Assembly (NCBI GenBank): GCA_041946805.1
Contig: JBHGBC010000115.1
Coordinates: 1 to 18,757, forward strand
Reading direction: 5' to 3'
Length of the DNA: 18,757 nt
Source of the DNA: a bacterium
Lineage (GTDB): Bacteria; Hinthialibacterota; Hinthialibacteria; Hinthialibacterales; Hinthialibacteraceae
The position numbers and the translations under genes were made by a program. This document shows, piece by piece, positions 16,083 through 18,757 of the stretch. Position 1 is the first letter of the stretch; every line of letters starts with the position of its first letter. The notes beneath the pieces were generated by a model that saw only the letters and a program-made list of their open reading frames with translations, did not search any database and had not been told where the DNA came from.

Positions 16083-16976
16083 ATGAGACCGTTATTCATC
16101 CTGCCCGCGCTCTTCTTGTTCCTGTTCGTGTCCAGCCCGGCCGATGTCCTGGCCCAAAAGTTCGACGCCGAAGGCAGCCAACTCATCGAAGCGCCCTTCA
16201 CCGGCACGCCCCCCGTAATTGACGGCATCCTGAGTTCCGGCGAGTGGAGCCAGGCGGAATCCAATACGGTGGATTACGTGAACCTGGGGGTCGCGGGCAA
16301 CGCCGGGCCGGGCGCGGTCGACAACACGGACGACATGAGTTACACCTTCTCCGTGATGTACGACGATCAATTCCTGTACATCGCCGTCTCCGTGAAGGAC
16401 GATGCGTATGTCAGAACGAATTACGGCCGTGTCCTGCAATACGACTGGCCGGTTGCCTGGGAAAACGACGCGGTGGAGTATTTCTTCGACGGAGACAAGA
16501 GCCGCACGGAAACGACGAGCCGCAACGATATCGAATCCGAAACGGGCGGGCAATGGATTTTTGTATACGATGCGGAAGATTCCCCCCTGCCTTTTGTCTC
16601 CGCCGAAATTTTTGGATTGTTCTCCCGTCCGTATGGCATAGGAGCCAACGATGCCTGGTACGCGAAAACCACTTCCGATGCCGCAACCAATGACTGGTCG
16701 CAGGAAGCGCGTTTCGCGTTGAGCATCATCGGCTCGCCGAAAGCGGGAACCGACATCGGCTTCGATCTCTGTGTGGATGACGTGGAAACCTATGATCCCG
16801 CTACCCTGGATCCCAATCAGGCCTTGATGGAACTGCGGGAGATTCAACTGTACTGGACAGTTTATGGATATGAACCCGGCACTCAAACACAAGAAAACAC
16901 CCACGAAAACGAAAGCCTGTGGGGAACGCTGCGGTTTCTGCAGAAAACCAGCCTGAGTGACTGGGCGTTGTACTGA
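16083..16976 (+). CDS. Secreted CBM9-like/DOMON-type sugar-binding domain protein, 297 aa
   Basis: SD AGGAG; signal peptide ending VLA|Q; CBM9_1-like motifs PPVIDGILSSGEW, MYDDQFLYIAVSVKDD, WENDAVEYFFDGD, IGFDLCVDD, WGTLRF; very acidic. Confidence 0.82.
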   Translation: MRPLFILPALFLFLFVSSPADVLAQKFDAEGSQLIEAPFTGTPPVIDGILSSGEWSQAESNTVDYVNLGVAGNAGPGAVDNTDDMSYTFSVMYDDQFLYIAVSVKDDAYVRTNYGRVLQYDWPVAWENDAVEYFFDGDKSRTETTSRNDIESETGGQWIFVYDAEDSPLPFVSAEIFGLFSRPYGIGANDAWYAKTTSDAATNDWSQEARFALSIIGSPKAGTDIGFDLCVDDVETYDPATLDPNQALMELREIQLYWTVYGYEPGTQTQENTHENESLWGTLRFLQKTSLSDWALY

Positions 16977-17008
16977 GGGATTACGCGCTTCGCGCTAACC
17001 CATCCTAT
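16975..17008 (-). repeat. GTAG-family REP-like palindrome
   Basis: Minus strand ATAGGATGGGTTAGCGCGAAGCGCGTAATCCCTC: a GTAG-like tetranucleotide followed by an imperfect hairpin; abuts the upstream gene's stop codon. Confidence 0.65.
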
Positions 17009-17065
17009 CTCAAATCGTTTATTAAGGGTTAAGTCCTTAAAATCCTATAACTTCCCCTAATTCCG

Positions 17066-17100
17066 CTCCCTCTCCTTCCGGGAGAGGGCCGGGGTGAAGG
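17066..17100 (-). repeat. BoxC-like palindromic element, reverse orientation
   Basis: Minus strand CCTTCACCCCGGCCCTCTCCCGGAAGGAGAGGGAG matches the copies at 4012 and 17200. Confidence 0.75.
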
Positions 17101-17191
17101 AATGTATACCATTACGCTATATCCCACCATTAAAAACCTATCTTCTCCCTAGCCCTGGAGGTGAAATCCGTTGGGGAAAGACTTCGATGAA

Positions 17192-17319
17192 AGGCTTCCC
17201 CCTCACCCTAATCCTCTCCCGGAGGGAGAGGGGATTGGGGATTGAACTCTCGAACCAGTCTGATTCAGACCGCCAGCATTTTCAGAAGAAAAGTACGCAA
17301 TTCCCAGTGAACCAAATCC
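17192..17319 (+). repeat. Dispersed intergenic repeat, copy B (BoxC-like palindrome plus conserved tail)
   Basis: CCCTCACCCTAATCCTCTCCCGGAGGGAGAGGG (17200-17232), then a tail homologous to 4045-4134 with the identical 21-mer at 17279-17299. Confidence 0.8.
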
Positions 17320-17467
17320 AAGGCCCGAAATCCCTTCATCCGTGGACACTTCTCCATCTGTCTGGCATTTTATTTGTTCGTCCGGGAAATGCGTACATAC
17401 CAGGGAAATGGTATTCCATCCACTCGATGATGGGGGCGGGCACAAAGGTCCACCCATCTAAAAAAAT

Positions 17468-17506
17468 CCCTCACCCTACCCCTCTCCCAGAGGGCCGGGG
17501 TGAGGG
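17468..17506. repeat. BoxC-like element, fused/collapsed inverted pair
   Basis: CCCTCACCCTACCCCTCTCCCAGAGGGCCGGGGTGAGGG: a forward left arm joined to a reverse-orientation arm; the ends CCCTCACCC / GGGTGAGGG are perfect inverted repeats. Confidence 0.72.
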
Positions 17507-17591
17507 AATGCGGGACTATACTCAATTCATCTCCCAATTCATCATGAACACCGCACGATATGGGTGGATTTTGCCATGCTTCTTATTTATT

Positions 17592-17622
17592 GGTGGGTTT
17601 CGCTCCGCTCAATCCACCCTGC
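17592..17622 (-). repeat. GTAG-family REP-like palindrome
   Basis: Minus strand GCAGGGTGGATTGAGCGGAGCGAAACCCACC; same architecture and orientation as the copy at 16975-17008. Confidence 0.65.
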
Positions 17623-17676
17623 ATTTTCACAAACTCCGATACGATGGATAGAATAAAAAAAGAAGGAGCATTTCCA

Positions 17677-18246
17677 ATGGGAAAAAAAGTTCTATTGATC
17701 TGTGACATGTTGAATGATTTCATCCAGCCGGGAGCGCCCCTGGAAGTGCCGGGAGTCCGGAACATCATCCCGGCGATCCGGCGGGAAATGGAAAAGGCCC
17801 GGCGCGAGGGCGTCCCCATCATTTACGTTTGCGATTGCCACGTAGCCAGTGATCCGGAGTTGAGCGTCTGGCCGCCGCACGCCATGAAGGGCACGCCGGG
17901 CGCCGAAATCATTCCCGAGTTAAAGCCGCGGGAAGACGACATTGTCCTGGAGAAAACGCGCTACGACGCGTTCTACAATACCGATCTCGAGTCGATCCTG
18001 CGTTCCCTGGGCGCGGCCGACATGATTTTGACCGGCGTCTGCACGGAAATCTGCATCCATTACACCGGCGTCGGGGCCATTCAGCGGGGTTTTCGCGTCC
18101 ATGTGCCCGAAGATTGCGTCCATGGGCTTTCGGAGCCTGAATCCGCCGCGGCGCTGCGCATGTTGAAACAGGTCCTGCAGCCGGCCGCGCCCGCGGGATC
18201 CTTCCCGCATCCCCCGAAAAACCCATCCAGGCTGGGAATGTTGTAG
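17677..18246 (+). CDS. pncA: Nicotinamidase (isochorismatase-family cysteine hydrolase), 189 aa
   Basis: SD AAGGAG before ATG 17677; catalytic Asp (LLICDMLNDF), Lys (LEKTRYDAF), Cys (GVCTEICI); metal ligands DCH and WPPHA; adjacent to pncB. Confidence 0.85.
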   Translation: MGKKVLLICDMLNDFIQPGAPLEVPGVRNIIPAIRREMEKARREGVPIIYVCDCHVASDPELSVWPPHAMKGTPGAEIIPELKPREDDIVLEKTRYDAFYNTDLESILRSLGAADMILTGVCTEICIHYTGVGAIQRGFRVHVPEDCVHGLSEPESAAALRMLKQVLQPAAPAGSFPHPPKNPSRLGML

Positions 18247-18275
18247 CGGCGGGAGAATCCGTGCTACAGTTTTTT
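18242..18275 (+). terminator. Intrinsic terminator-like hairpin at the end of pncA
   Basis: TGTAGC-G-GCGGG-AGAA-TCCGT-GCTACA followed by GTTTTTT. Confidence 0.5.
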
Positions 18276-18316
18276 CAGGATGGAATCACGAATTGACACC
18301 GATTTTCTCAAAATCC

Positions 18317-18757
18317 ATGGTTCGATTTCACGTTGCGACAGAAGAAGAAATCCTGGCGGGAACGGTAACGGACGCGTATTTCGTCCGCACGATGGAAATC
18401 CTCAAGCGCAAACCGGTCAGCCGGCCGGTCGTGATGGAAATCCGCGCCGCGTCGTTGCCGGATGGCTGGCCTTGGGCGGTATTCGCCGGGCTAGAAGAAC
18501 TGGCCGCGCTGCTGGAGGGCATCCGCAAGCCCCTGGACTTGTACTGCCTGAATGAAGGAACCCTGTTCCGCGCGGGCGATCCGGTGGGGTACGTGACCGG
18601 AGACTATATCGACATCTGCGTGTACGAAACCGCCATGCTGGGATTCTTGTGCCAGGCCTCGGGAATCGCCACGCGGGCGGCGCGCTGCGTCAAGGCGGCG
18701 GAAGGAAGGCCGGTGCACAGTTTCGGCACGCGGCGGATTCATCCCGCCCTCGCGCCG
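18317..18757 (+). CDS. pncB: Nicotinate phosphoribosyltransferase, 3'-truncated by the window edge (absent from the ORF track)
   Basis: Hand translation from ATG 18317 is open to the end of the window (147 codons): MVRFHVATEEEILAGTVTDAYFVRTMEIL...AVFAGLEE...EGTLF...YETAMLGFLCQASGIATRAARCVKAAEGRPVHSFGTRRIHPALAP. TDxY, ET..L, SGIATxA and FGxRR are NAPRTase motifs. Confidence 0.92.
   Translation, partial: MVRFHVATEEEILAGTVTDAYFVRTMEILKRKPVSRPVVMEIRAASLPDGWPWAVFAGLEELAALLEGIRKPLDLYCLNEGTLFRAGDPVGYVTGDYIDICVYETAMLGFLCQASGIATRAARCVKAAEGRPVHSFGTRRIHPALAP

Noticed and set aside
16975..17622. Possible CRISPR array
   Set aside because: Repeats are of two types, in mixed orientation, diverged and irregularly spaced; no cas genes in the window.
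17094..17651. 185-aa ORF in the repeat-rich gap, considered as a RAYT or DUF559 remnant
   Set aside because: Its translation is read through the repeats (PLTLILSRRERG, PHPTPLPEGRGEG); no HUH/Tyr or DUF559 motifs seen.
17620..17676. NrtR/NiaR-type operator upstream of pncA
   Set aside because: No convincing dyad apart from the REP-like hairpin.

Overview
GC-rich bacterial chromosomal window with 12 well-supported CDSs and no rRNA, tRNA, CRISPR array or intact transposase visible. In order: a 5'-truncated prepilin/pseudopilin-type protein; two divergent exported alpha/beta hydrolases (one a lipoprotein); a complete tripartite HAE1 RND efflux operon (MFP-RND-OMF, minus strand); a secreted protein with a galactose-binding-like domain, Pro/Thr linker and unassigned C-terminal domain; a membrane c-type heme (CxxCH, DUF3365-like) sensor fused to a SpoIIE/PP2C phosphatase; a signal-peptide-bearing DUF1080 + class I SAM methyltransferase fusion; a secreted CBM9/DOMON-like protein ending in TSLSDWALY; and an NAD salvage pair, pncA plus a 3'-truncated pncB that the ORF track missed. 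Non-coding DNA holds two families of extragenic palindromes (BoxC-like and GTAG-REP-like) and a ~130-bp repeat present twice, 13 kb apart. Best leads for novelty: the exported DUF1080-methyltransferase fusion with a degenerate DUF1080 site, possible lineage-specific C-terminal sorting signals on the secreted proteins, and the composite dispersed repeat. All family calls rest on motif recognition by eye, not database searches.
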